This document shows positions 1 to 13,600 of a stretch of DNA of 64,000 nt, one piece after another; position 1 is the first letter of the stretch, and each line of letters opens with the position of its first letter. The stretch is from Auanema rhodensis (Eukaryota; Animalia; Nematoda): positions 6,944,001 through 7,008,000 of the forward strand of contig OZ059897.1 in the NCBI GenBank assembly GCA_964057225.1, read 5' to 3'. The translations under genes were made by a program, and so were the position numbers. The notes under the pieces were generated by a model, which was not told where the DNA came from, did no database searches, and saw only the letters and a list, made by a program, of their open reading frames with translations.

Positions 1-1220
1 AACCATTTCAATATTATTGTAGATGTGAAAAAATATGTTCTTGTGAAAATGGAGCAACATGTGATCGTTTAACTGGCCAATGTAAATGTACAGCTGGTTT
101 CACTGGACTGACTTGCAATCAAGGTAAACTTTAAAAATCATAATAAAAACGTTTTAAATTTATTATTTCAAGTTTGTCCTGATGGTCGATGGGGCCCAGG
201 ATGTAAGGAAAAGTGTCGATGTGCCAATGGGGCTCATTGTGATCCTACTACTGGAACTTGCAGGTTTCAATCGAGTTTGAATTTGTTATCAATATTAACT
301 ATTCTTAAAGATGTAATCTTGGATATACCGGTGCCACTTGTGAGCAAAGTTGTCCAGCAGGAAAGTACGGAATGAATTGCACGTTAGCTTGTGAATGTCA
401 CGGAAACGCAAAGTATGTTTTTTTTTCTGGAAAAATATTTAACCTGAGAAAAAACAAAACTTTTTCTAATCATTAGATTACTATTCCAAACTAATATTTG
501 AAATTTCAGATGCGACCCCGTTCAAGGTTGTTGTGATTGTCCACCTGGCCGCTATGGAACCAAATGTCAATTCGGTATATAATATTTTATTGTTTTAGTT
601 ATAACTAGTATGTCTTGTTTTCAGTCTGCCCTCAAGGATTTTATGGTTGGTACTGTAGTCAGTCATGTGATTGTCAGAATGGAGCATTATGCGACTCAGC
701 TGATGGTACATGTCTTTGCCCACCCGGCTTTCAAGGAGATCACGTATGTTCAAATTTTAATGGTTTTTGATATTACTAATTAATCATAGTGTGAGGAATC
801 ATGCAAGAACAATACGTTTGGTCCCCATTGTCAGTTAAAGGCAGATTGTGGGGAATTCGCTAGTAATCCTATCGATGGCTCGTGCATTTGTCCCGTTGGA
901 ACACAAGGACCACGATGTGAACAAAGTATTTCGAAAACCTTTTTCATAATCAACATTTTGAAATTAAGCTTGTCGTCCTGGTAGATATGGAGAAAATTGT
1001 GCTCATAAATGTCAATGTTACAATGGAGCAACATGTGATCGTAAAACGGGAAAATGTAGTTGTGCTCCAGGATATCTTGGCCCAACTTGCCAATCAGAAG
1101 TATCAGGTAATAAAGAGAAAAAACTTAAATGTGAATTAACCTTGACATGTTTTAGATCAAAACAGTGTAGCCAAACGAGGAGACTTACCAGATGAATGGG
1201 AGTTCAGGAAACGACGCTGA
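1..1220 (+). CDS. 3' part of multiple EGF-like/laminin-EGF repeat protein (MEGF6-like); 5' end outside the window
   Basis: Spliced exons encode repeated Cys-rich units ([87 protein letters not shown]). The last exon ends [21 protein letters not shown] (TGA 1218-1220) with no transmembrane segment. Confidence 0.85.
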
Positions 1221-1820
1221 AATGGTATTATCATGTTTCCATATAACCTAAGAGACAATGTTGAAAATAGCTATAAGTTTTATTTAAAAGCTTTCTTGCC
1301 TTAAACAGCACATTTCCTTTTAATTTGAAAATGTCTTACATGCTCTTGAATCTCCTAATATTGCAGAATGCTTTATTTTTATCACCGTTTTGGTAATTTT
1401 TTAAAATATATTTTTTAAGTATTTAATTTCGATGACAAATCGAAATTAGCTCTTTCAGTATTTACAGTTTATCTGCCATTTTTGTTTTATGAACCGAGTG
1501 TGATCTGTGTTATTTTTCTTATTTAGGCATTTAAAAATTGCTATATTAGTTTTACTTGGTGAAAATTATATATTTCATATATGTATGTACTACAACAGTT
1601 GTATTAAATAAATGATTTAATTAACAAAAATTAATTGTAATACATAAAACAAACTATTTATAAAAGTTATAAGCATTTTATAAATGTAACATGATTGCTC
1701 ATTAGCATAATCGGCATATTATCAACTCATTTTAAAATTATTACATTCGGCAGCGGTTGCATTCCCGTTCAGGTGAGTATTTTTTTAATTATGAGAATTA
1801 GTAAATGGCGGATAAAAACT

Positions 1821-2440
1821 TTACAATGGATAAGCCCATGGTGCCGCACCTTGAATAAATGGTGCACCATTTCCCCAACCAAATGCTCGGCCACCACTTC
1901 TGCCAGACCCACCTAATAATAAGTATTTAGTTAAAAATTACTAATATTAATAAACCCATGAATATATCCAAATCACGCCTTAATAACAAACTTCCATAAG
2001 GATGTTGAACTCCAATTCCAGTTAAGATATTTATATTACCCAATCCTATGAGAGAAAAAGTTACTTCAAGACAAATTGGAATGTTTGCCTGGGCCAAAAC
2101 CAGGTCCCGAATCGGGGTGTAGCCCAGTTCCCGGTTCATCTCGCTCATAATTTTGCCACCTAGCGAATTCCTTTTCACTAGGAGAGCCAAGATTTGGAGA
2201 AGATTTTATAAATTTTCTAAATGAAAATTATATGAAATAGAACCATAACTTAAAAGCACATGACCTACTTCATTTTCGGTTTTTCGGTAACACGATTACT
2301 CGGACATCTAGCGCTATCCTCACAGATAACATCCCATAAAGACCGAGATTCAACAGATAAAACTATAAAACTTTTTGAACATATTTTCAAAAAAGAATAC
2401 CTAATATGCAAATTGGAACTAAAATTCCATAAGCATTCAT
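1821..2440 (-). CDS. Small (~140 aa) secreted Gly/Pro/aromatic-rich protein of unknown function, 5 exons
   Basis: Manual splicing with four phase-consistent GT-AG introns gives MNAYGILVPICILVLSVESRSLWDVICEDSARCPSNRVTEKPKMKKFIKSSPNLGSPSEKEFARWQNYERDEPGTGLHPDSGPGLGNINILTGIGVQHPYGSLLLRRDLDIFMGGSGRSGGRAFGWGNGAPFIQGAAPWAYPL*. The N-terminus is signal-peptide-like, and a TTGCAG acceptor lies 10 nt upstream of the ATG. Confidence 0.75.
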
Positions 2441-2874
2441 TGGGAAACACCTGCAATCAATACCGTAAACTGGCTTTGACGTTTTACACAATGCGTACGT
2501 TAATGACGAATTCTTTATTTCTAATCTATTTTAAATTAATAAATATCACTAAAAATATATCACATTGAAACAATATGAATTCGTGGGCACAACTCGACAG
2601 AAAAAAGTGTAAAAACAATGCCCCGCATCAATCCAACTCACGTATACAGACAACCAACCTTTACGAGTAAATCATACGCTATTAGTATTTTTGGAAAATT
2701 AAAATATGATGTAAATAAATTAAATGAATTAAACAAGGAAAGCACCATTAGTGCGGAGTAAGTGAAATTCTATATTGGTTTGCTAAGTGTTAATGGATTT
2801 TAACAAGTAAGTAGCTTACTCCATACTCTCAAATCTCGAAATCCAGGTTAACATGCAGGAAAATTTTCATATTA

Positions 2875-5800
2875 TTATAAAGTTGTGGATATGACAGATG
2901 ACACTCCGTGAACCATTAAGGTTGGAGGCAGAGATTCCGTTAAGGCCCGTACAATCTCAAGATATTTTTCGCTTTCGTTAGCGGTATCTGTTGGTGGTAT
3001 GGGAAGATTCAATAAGGTAATCGCAGCTTCTTCACTATTTCTCTTGATCATATCATTAAAAGCTGTAACATATGGAACCGGAAGTTCCGCTGATGGTCTG
3101 AAATAAGAATTTCTTTTTGCATTTCATAGCTTCTTATCATACTTCGACGTGTTAGTTTGTTGACCGAAATGGCAAACAACGTGATCCCAAGGAACAACAA
3201 TAGATTCAGCTTTAATTCGCAACGTATCCAACATACTCTTCAATTGTTTTTCTCGACGGTGCATATCCTATAAGATATTTCAATTAGGAATTGATAAAAA
3301 CAATCAATTTGAAAACCTGAAGACTGTTAACACAGATGAATACACGTAATTTGGTATATGAACGCCAGCGAGAAGACATAGAAAGAATACATGCTAATTG
3401 AAGAAGGAAAAGTGAACTGCAAAAAAGTTTGATTTTCAAGCATTCGGTGCAAATTGTACCTATTATCCCATCCCAATCCAGTCTCTACAGGCTTCTGTAA
3501 ATCTACGGGCCAAACATCAATATATCGTTTTTGGCCGTTCCATCCTCTGATCAAACTGTCCTGAAATCAAATAATCAGTAATCGATAGATTACATAAATT
3601 ACCTTATCAAGTTTATGGAAATGCCGAGCAACGCATAAATTTTTGTTCACATGCATAACATCTAAGAGAACATTAACGTAATCTGCAGCTTCTAATCTTT
3701 CACGATTTCCATCTAATTCCTAGGGAATTATGTTTATTTGTGTCAGCATGAATAGTGACTTACTTTGGGAACATAATCACTAGCTGTGAAGTATTCTACA
3801 ACCGAAGCTCGATCTATCTTAGCATTGCGTAAATCTTTAAGAAGCTGAGCTTCCTAAAACGATTGAAATTATTGTACTCATTTTGAGAAATACCTGTAAT
3901 GAGTCGGTAACTGGTGTTCTTTCGTGGAAACCAAGAACTACAGTATTTGGTTTCATGGCGCCAAGACCGGATAATCGAATCAATTGCTGTATACCTTCAC
4001 GAACTTTAGAAGAGAGGGTTAACTCAACAAAGGCTTTAAGCTTCAAGTAATCGACCAACGAAAGCCAATAGGGAAAAACCTAAAACAAAATAAATATAGT
4101 TGTTGGTATTTTAGATCATGTTCTTACTTGTTGTAATGGATCAAGTGGTTGCAGAGGATCTAAATCTCCTTTCTTTACATGACCAATTACATAAAGTCCT
4201 GATTTCTTCAGATCATTAACAAAGTCCATCAAATGGTGAGCTGAAGCTGGACGTGATACCAACAAAAGAATTTGTGGTCTCCAATATCTTGAAATCATTT
4301 ATATAGTACAATATGAAAATAATATAGACTCACTTGACATGTTCCTTTCTGACATCCAAAAGCAAAAGGTATTTACGAACTTGATGGTAAATCAGTGCTT
4401 GAGAAATAGATCCAGATGCCATAGACGGCGCCTGAAAAAGTAGAAGTTGTGATTTAAAAAATGACAGCGAACTTGCCTGATAATGAAGAACGATGATGAG
4501 AATCAAAAGTAGCACTACACCAATTGCACTCATTGATGCATCAACTACGAGCATCATAGTAACTGTAGCAAAAACTCCCAATGTACACGTATGCCATGAA
4601 AAGTATTTAAAGGTTGGTCTATAAATACAGTGATTATATTTTTGTAAAAAATTGAAATATTAACCTGAAGTTAGGAGCACTGGTCAGTTCTAAAGCAAGA
4701 CAGGCAATATTAACACCCATATAGGATAAAAGGAAAAAGATGGAAGTAAGCTTAGCAATTTTGTTCATTGCTCCAATAAGGAAAACAAGCTTAAAACAAA
4801 AAAAAGCTGAAATCATTATTGATCTTTTAGACTTACAACAACGAATATCCATGTGAATATCACTGAGACTACAGGGTTCTTATCTCCAATTTCAATAGCT
4901 GCTGGTCTTAAGAGAAATCCGAAGAGTTTATCATGGGAAAGACGGTTCAATACACGAGATGACCCTAAATGATGAAAAGTTATGAATGCTTCTAAAAGTC
5001 TAACAAACCAATCAAGTTACTCATTGAAGAGAATAAGGTAGTGGAGAATACTCCAATCAGAATAAACCATCTTTGAAAGTTAGTATCCATCATAACCTGA
5101 GAAACAAAATTATCGAAGTTCCATTTTTACAGCATACCGTATAGTCATTCTGAAGAAGATATCTACTTGAAGTAGCGGCCATTAAGAATGCTGTCATAAC
5201 ATAAACGGCTAAAGTTACAAACACAGCTTGAACTGTTCCTCTGGGAATAGAAACAGAGGGCTTAGCTAGTTCTCCGGACATGTTTGCACCAGCCATCAAA
5301 CCTGGAATTCGACAACCAAATCATAACATAATTAAAAAATAAGAACTAACCTGTTACTCCGGAGAAAATAATAGCGAACATAAGAGCAAAATCAGTCTGT
5401 TTCTCAGTAGAGTAGTCAATTGTATAGTTCGCAAACATGTTTTCGCTTAGGGTATGGAAACTGAGAAAAATAATTTAATTGAATAATTTATCAAAAAATA
5501 AGAATACCTGAATGCTGTATAAGCTCCAGTAATATTTTGATCAAGATTTACAATCATTGGACTATCAGGATCAGAGAAATTTTCATGTACTCGATACACA
5601 GGAGTGTTAACCGGAAATAGAAAAAATATATAAAGTTATAAAATATAATCTTACTTTAGGAATAGGAACATTCATAGCACCACTAAAAATAACAGAAAAG
5701 ATCCAAGTTGAGTAACAGACCTAAAGCTAGTTTAAATGCTTGTTAAAAAGTTGGAACTAACCGAAATGAGGAAAAAGGTACCCATAGCGATTTTGGTGAA

Positions 5801-7486
5801 TAATCCAGATCCAAGAAGAGACAAAATCAACAAAATCACAGAAACAAGAACGCAATAAACAAATCTCCATGTAGGACTGTCGGGAAACTCTGTGAAACAA
5901 ATCTTTATATTTTAAGAAAGTCTATTTGTAGTCTTACGTCCATGCCCCAAGTTGTTTAAAAGAGCCTCCGTGAAACCAGAAATATAAAGAGCACAGGAGA
6001 ATACGTTAGCAACGAAGAAAAGAACTCCAATAGCTCCTCCAAACTCGGGGCCCAATGATCTACTTATCATGTCTTAAAAAAGACATAAGAATATGTTTAT
6101 AAATAAAGAATTACAATAAACTCCTCCTCCTTCAATAGCTCCATTTGATGAAATAGCACAGAGTGATAAAACAGTTAGCATAACAATAGAATATGCCATT
6201 AATAATTGAACTACTGTTAAAAGGAAACCAAGTTGTCCAACAACAAAACCTTCAAAAATAGCGTTAACGGATGAGGCCTGAAATGCAACATACCCATTCT
6301 CATAAAGAGAAGAATACTAAACATGGATAAAGCCACAGGAGCAAAAACTCCAGAAATGGTCGATAAACCACCTGGCCTAGAAACCGTTGAAAAATCCATA
6401 CCTAAAATAATAATAAAATAATTATAATAAGAATAAAAACAATAAATACGAATTCTAACATACTTGGTGATTGGGGCGGTTGAACCGAGTCCCTTCGCCG
6501 GCCCAGCTCTTCGTCATCTTAATAAGTATCTTGTGATTAATAAAATATCAATACTTACTCATTTCTTCAAATGTTACTTCACTTGAAGTAGGAATCACTA
6601 AGTCCATAACACACCCTACTCGTCAAAACTTCCCGGGATAATTAAAAACTAGTTTAAAAATTTACGTTTCAAAATAAATTCTTCACAACTAAAAAGATAG
6701 AAATAACGATAATTTAAATTATAATTTGGAAATATCAAAAGAGGATGCCATAACGTAAACTGAACAAATATAGCAACAGGCAGTACGAACAAATAACGCG
6801 AGACGTGAATCACCCGATAAAGCTCCGAGGTCTAGATACGGTTTACACGCAGCGATGTAAACGAACAGACCCATTTGTTCGAATAATCACTTTCGGCAGT
6901 TGATGAAAAATATAAACAATAATGATCAATTTATATCATCTAGATGAATTGATATAAGCCTTGTAAGTCACATGCTCACTTATTCGGACAAAGCTTTGTA
7001 CGCAAAATGCTCTTGTGAGCATTATATGCACTCAAGAGCTCCGAAATTGCGAGGAACGGTCTACATTATGATTCCCCCACTCAAACAAAAATTTATTATG
7101 GATATACGTTTTTATGTATAAACGTACTGCAAACTAAAGTCTTCGGTTTGCCACATATGTTCGAATTGTCAGGTTGAGTATGAATGATAAGGAAGCCTTG
7201 CCGGTCAAAACCATTTGTATGCATGAACAAAGAATCTCTTACATAGCAATGCAACAAATGCGGGAAAAGTCTTATCAATTCAGAAAATAAACCAAATATT
7301 GCACTCACCTAGAATGAGAGGATGGTCATCGAATTTCCTGGGTGCAGCTGTATACCCTGAAGGACCGTTACTGGTAACTGATTCACTTCCGGTAATTCCA
7401 GACGAATCAAACATTTGATTGACTATACCTCCGTAAGAAGTGGTCGCTGATCCCGCAGAAATTATCGGCGGATCGGACTCACCCAT
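2875..7486 (-). CDS. SLC12A9: Cation-chloride cotransporter family member SLC12A9 (CIP1)-like
   Basis: Motifs [98 protein letters not shown]; C-terminus [18 protein letters not shown]. Confidence 0.92.
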
Positions 7487-8448
7487 TGATCCTAAAAAAG
7501 GGATACATTAGAAGAAATGTAGAAATAAAGAAATGATATAGTTAACGAACGAGAATTGTACGATTCGCAAGCACTATAATAACTTTATACGCATTTATTA
7601 ATGAATAAATAATCAGTTTAATTGAATACGAAGCATACAATCCAGAACAGTTGGACGCTGGAAAGACTAGCCTTTTCCCATCATAGTTCAAATCTCGACA
7701 ACGCCGAATTGCACCACAAAAGAGGTTGAGTATTCGGGAAAACCGGTCAGTACTAGTTGCGAGAGTCATTTTGATACTGATGACAGTTTTCTCTTAAACA
7801 GCAGCAGGTGGTCCTTTTACGGTAACTGTGTTGAAAACGGTCCGTTGTTCATCAAGACTTTGAACAATGAAGAAAGACCAGCAAAGAAGTGCGCGGGATC
7901 GATCGGAGGCCTTCTGTCAGTTCACCCACCCCTTCCCCCCAAACGACATATACACACAGCCCCCCACCCAGCAGTGTCGCACTCTTCTTATGAGGTGTCG
8001 GATAAAACGTTTTTTGGCTGCTGTACAAAAGAATTGCATAAAATTGTATAAATGTTATTTCCTTATATATTTCTAGTTATTCTGACTAATACATAGTTCC
8101 ACCACGCGCGTAAGCTGCCTATTCTAGTACAAATTAATTTTTCAATTGTAAAGAATCGGTCTCATGGGTCATTATTCATGAACGCTTAACACACGAAAAG
8201 TCAATAATACCAATTGCTGGCTCTGAGGTATTCTACGGATGAATGGGACGAGCTTGACCTAAGACCAACTGATCGATATATGCTCTTATTCTCCCCTCTA
8301 TTAACCGACCGCCTTCCTGGTCAATGTTTCCCTGCATGAGCATATCAATCAAAACGCTTCTACTTCATATCTATATTTATTTCCATTCCAGCTGTCATTA
8401 TTACGACGACCAGCAACTTTATTTCGAACCTTACGACAGCTATTAGCC

Positions 8449-8471
8449 TATATATATATATATATATATAT
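8449..8471. repeat. (TA)n microsatellite
   Basis: About 11 perfect TA units. Confidence 0.9.
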
Positions 8472-10657
8472 TGTTAATTTCAAGGTAAAGCTGAAATATG
8501 GCTGAAATAAAGCAGAAACAGCTCTTGTAATTACATGCTCAGGAACAATTTCCATTCTAAACCTCATTGCCATAAAACCTATAATGTAAGTAACTAAAAT
8601 TTCCGTCAATATGTGTGCAGCTTGTTGCGCATTGCAGCCGTTGTATTAGTCACAGAGTATCTGCTCTCGAATTCTAAGACAACAGACTCAATGTCATATT
8701 CACTTTATATCCAGTTTTCGTGATTTCAATGTATAGGAAAGATAAAGTGCTATTAAACAGCTTACCTATTATTTTTCAAAAATATTTCATATTTTGATTC
8801 GTACTAGCCCGAAAAGAACAATTAAATGCTTTATCATAATCCTGAATTATTGCTACAACAATCAATTTATGAGAAAAACAAGCCTTTCACACCTCTTCTT
8901 CATCGCATTATGAGATTGAATAGCCCATCTTCTCTAATTTGATATAATCGAAACGTGATTGGTCATCAACCGTTCAACATCTCTTGTAGAAATCAAATGA
9001 GCTGTACGTGAGTTTCACGTGATTTTACGTAATGTAATTTTGCTCAAACGTGGAAAAATTGATTTTAGCGCCACTTTCAAATCATTTTTTATAGGCTGAG
9101 GAAGCGTATGATTTTAATATTTGAAATATCGATTGCAATTTAATTTTGTAATAATAGGCTTTTGAAACCAGTACATGTTTGTTTATAGACTTATGTTCGA
9201 TCTCGTCTTATTGATTTTCAAATGACAATATGAAAGCGGTGTTATTTTATTTATTGAATAAAGCTTCATGAACCCAGTCCAGCAAACTATCTGTCTCATA
9301 AGTTGAATTTGACTAAATTTCCAATATACAAGAATTATTCTAGAATGTCGTTGTTGTCCACTATTTTCCAATCAATACTTCTTACTTACTGTCTTGAGAT
9401 ATGTATAGAAAATTGAATTTTTCGTTCAATACAGAATGAAATCCGCTATTCTTATCTAGTTCTATCAAGTAAGGTTGTATAGCTCTCGCTGTACAAATTT
9501 AAATTTCTTTCAAATATGCTTGCACTTATGTTTACGATAGACTTCTTAGAGCTTTCAGTGCATCAATATTTCTCACCAGAATTCATATTCGTATATTATC
9601 GTATATATTATCATTTCCCCGTAACATTGCTTCATTGTTCAATATTTTGATTTTCATCATTATTTACACCTTAAACTTTCAAGCCTTATCTAGCACATGA
9701 TTTGTCTCACTTGTTGCCTGCATTTTGTACAAGTTTGGTTATGTTCTCTCTGCTGGATTAGGAACCCTCATCCGGTTCTCTCCTCTCATCGTCTGTATCT
9801 CCCATTTACTATGTCCTCGGTTTTCACCTTGTTCATACAAATTCCCACTTTGACCACCCAGCCATTCATTCATATGTGAATTCACCAATCTGCTCTCCTC
9901 ATTTCTTTAATCTCTTCTCTTTTCTATCTGATTTCACCTCCCACTATTTGTCAAGTCACCAGCAGCTGATCATCAGCCATTTCTTCGTTCATAGCAGCTT
10001 TTAAAACGGACTATTTTTCCGTCCTACTTATCTCTATTTTATAAAATTATATAATGGCCATTATCATACTCTGGCGAAAACTTGACGCTATTGTCTACTA
10101 CGCCTAATCTCATTTTTTTTTCTTTTTTAAACTAAATACAAGCCTCTTAACTGAAGCTATTGTAACTGCAATTGTAAATATCAAATACTGAGTATATCAA
10201 AGAACGTAGGTTATATGATTTGATTTTTTTAATCTTCATTTGATCCAATTGGTACAGTCTATTCAAACAACTATCGTGACCCTTATTATAAGACAATCTG
10301 TTTAGTTTTCTTCCAGAATACTTTTACTGTGTTATTTCTGTTATTTCTGTTCTGCAGAGTTTTGAGAGTTTAGCCACACCTATTAGTCCAAATAACACAG
10401 TTCTTTCTCGTTCTTTCATAGATTGATTTGTTCAGCTCTCAAATTCTTCTTATTAATTTCCATTGAAGCATTCCTAGTCAATTATTCTCCCTCAACCGGT
10501 ATAACGGTTGTATTATCCTGCTATTATACCCGTGGATGATTTATTGTCGTATAGATGTTATCTTTTCTATCTTCTTCATTCCTGTTGTGCACAACTTTTT
10601 TAATTTCACTCATCTTCAGCATTACGTGGCAGGTGGGGAAATCCCAACGTGGACGTT

Positions 10658-13600
10658 ATGACTTCCACGTTGGTTGAGACTGTAAATATTAATTTTGATG
10701 ACTTTTCTGAAAACTTTTTAACTTGCTCAACTTGTCTTCATCTTTTTGATCAGGTCAGTTTTATCGGTTTTCCTTTTTGTTTATTGAAGTGTGAAATGGA
10801 ATTTATTATGTTATTCAGGACAAACGTAAAGCCAAACTCTTGCCATGTTCTCATTCCGTTTGTCAATCCTGCCTCCAGCAAATTGTGTGTTTACCTCCCG
10901 TAAGTTTTAACTCTACTTTCTTGGAGCTATTTACATTGCTTTGTTAATTTTCGAGAAATAATCTTTCTGCTCTATTCACGTCGTTTCATGTGAATATGCG
11001 ATTTCATTTCTATTCGAAATATGTTGCAGTTGCTTTCTACATCCCTCTAAAATTTAATATTTTTTTTCTACATATGTATATCAATAGATATACCAGATGA
11101 AGTATAGCGTTAAAAGAGAGAATAACTTTTTATTTACTTCTTTCTCTTTTCTGCTTTGTGTGTATAGATACAGCACACCGTTTACTTTTTTTCATTTTGT
11201 AAAGCATTTAAAATTTTGATGAAAGAAAAATATTCTGATTCACGTTTATACTGTTTTTTCATAGAAAATTCATTACTTTTACAGAATGATGGACTGACTG
11301 TACGCTGTCCTATGTGCCGAGACGACTGTATGCTACCAAGTGGAGGTGTAAGCGGCTTACCCCCAGCTTTCTTAATAAATCAGTTGTTAGATGTCATGCA
11401 GGTTTGTTGAAATATAACTCATATTATCGTTAAGTTTGATCTATTCAGAGACAAAGGAAGGAATTTGTGCCTTCTTGTTCCAATCATCCCTCGGAACAGT
11501 TATTATATTGCGAATATTGTGATTTTGTTTTCTGTCATCATTGCCATTCATCTGTCATTAAGTTGGTTACTAGCATGTCACTTTTCCAAATACTTTGTTT
11601 TCAGTAAAAAGTGTACTCAACATGCTGTCATACCATTATCTATAGCTCTAAAGCGAATGTCCGAAATCGTCATATATCGAGCAAAGGTTTTTTTTCTCAA
11701 TTTAATTTATGTTATAATAAAAGTGATTACTAAACAAAAAAATAATTTCTGTTATTAAAAATTAAAGAGAAACAGAAATTTGTGTTTTAGTTTGTTCCGA
11801 TTCTTCTTAAGAGCTAACTTCTTCAATATTTTTCACGTTTTCTATTTGAATTTCACCCGAAAAGTATTTTATTTCATTTTCCTCCAGCTCGTCTTTCGAT
11901 AATTTGAAAAATTCATCAATTAAATACAAGAGAATTAATTTAAATACATGTTTTAAGGGACGTCTGCGTGCCTTGGATCTGGCTCGTGTTACTGTTGATG
12001 AAGAAATAACTCTATTAGACCAAAATGTTGATAAAATAGTTGATCAAATCAACGCCACCTTCCAGGTACTTTCTAATTTTTGAATCAAAATCTTGTAAAG
12101 AGAAAGAAACTATTGAATTGAATAGGATTATTATTTGAAAAACAATAGCGAGGAAGACGAGTGCGAAGTCTGAAAAGATGATCAGCATTCGATTTTCTGC
12201 TGTGAACATTGACAGGAATGCGTATGTCTCTCCACAGCGTTTTCGATATTGAACGTCTGAATCAGATTTTGTATTGAGGACTTTCGATCTGCTTCTCAAA
12301 CGTAAACATAGCGTACGAGCTTGTTTCTCATGTACTTTCCACTCGTTTTCTTTGAATTTCCTCCTTGTGATGTTTTTCTCTCAAAATATTTCAAAAAACG
12401 TACTTCATTTGATAAGTCTAGTTTATTGCGCAAATTTCCAATAGAATTAAAAAGCTATGACATTGATAAGAATTTCAGCGTATCGACAGTTGTCGAATTT
12501 TAAATACAATTTTTCATATATCATTAATAGTTTCAATATTATATATTTTTTTACAGGAAGTTTCTAATATTGTTGAAATTCGACGACGGGAATTGATAGA
12601 AAACGTCAGAGTCACCAGGGATAAGAAGAGGAAAGTACTGAAGGATCAAATAGAAATGATCGCGGATGAAAAGAAAAAACTGGCAAAGGTATGTTTTTGT
12701 TATTTGGCTCTATTACTATATGTACATACGAGGTGATGTGCCTGTGATTTTGTAACATTTTCAATATTTATTGGAGTATATACACAAAAAATGTTGACTC
12801 AGCTGAAGCTTGCAGGAATTGGACAATTGCCAGGTAGACGTGCGTACTATGGGCAGACAACTACGATCTTTTGATAGTAACAGCGACCTCCAGTTGTGCC
12901 AACCACGGGAAAACGCATTTTTACGCTTAAATACTACTTCTAGTCAACTTCTTTGTGGTTAGTTTACATTGAAAAAGTTGCTATGATCGTAACTCTTATT
13001 GCAGATATTCAGCAGTGTGTATCAAATTTTGGAACAATTACTGCTTCTACCACCTTCCCCGGTGAATCTACTATTGATCAAGTTGAACACTGCTCAATAA
13101 ATACAGAATGTAAGCTGTTAGTTAGGTGAGTAGTACTATTCTCTTTCTACCTTCTATCAATTTTGATACATATTTCAATACTTTGTTATATGAGTGATGA
13201 TTTTCTTATTCGTCAATTTTAAGAAGCCTTATCTTTCTATTAATGTTATCAAGTACAATACTCATTCATGTTTTATAGAACCTGTGACGTTAATGGCAAA
13301 GCTCGGACCAGTGGAGGTGACCCTCTAGATGTTTCTTTGAAGTCGAAATCAGGCCAGGACATTGGTGCTACTGTTCATGATATGAATGATGGCACATATG
13401 AATTATCATTTAGGTTGGATATTATTCTATTCTTCTCATATATATTCATTTATAGAGTTCAAGAACCTGGAACTTATACAGCTACAGTCAACATATTCGG
13501 AAGGCCTATTAAGGATAGTCCATTACAATTAACTGTTTCTTCTCGGCATAAAGCAAAGTAAATCATCTGATAAACTTATTAAATTGTTTAAATCGATATT

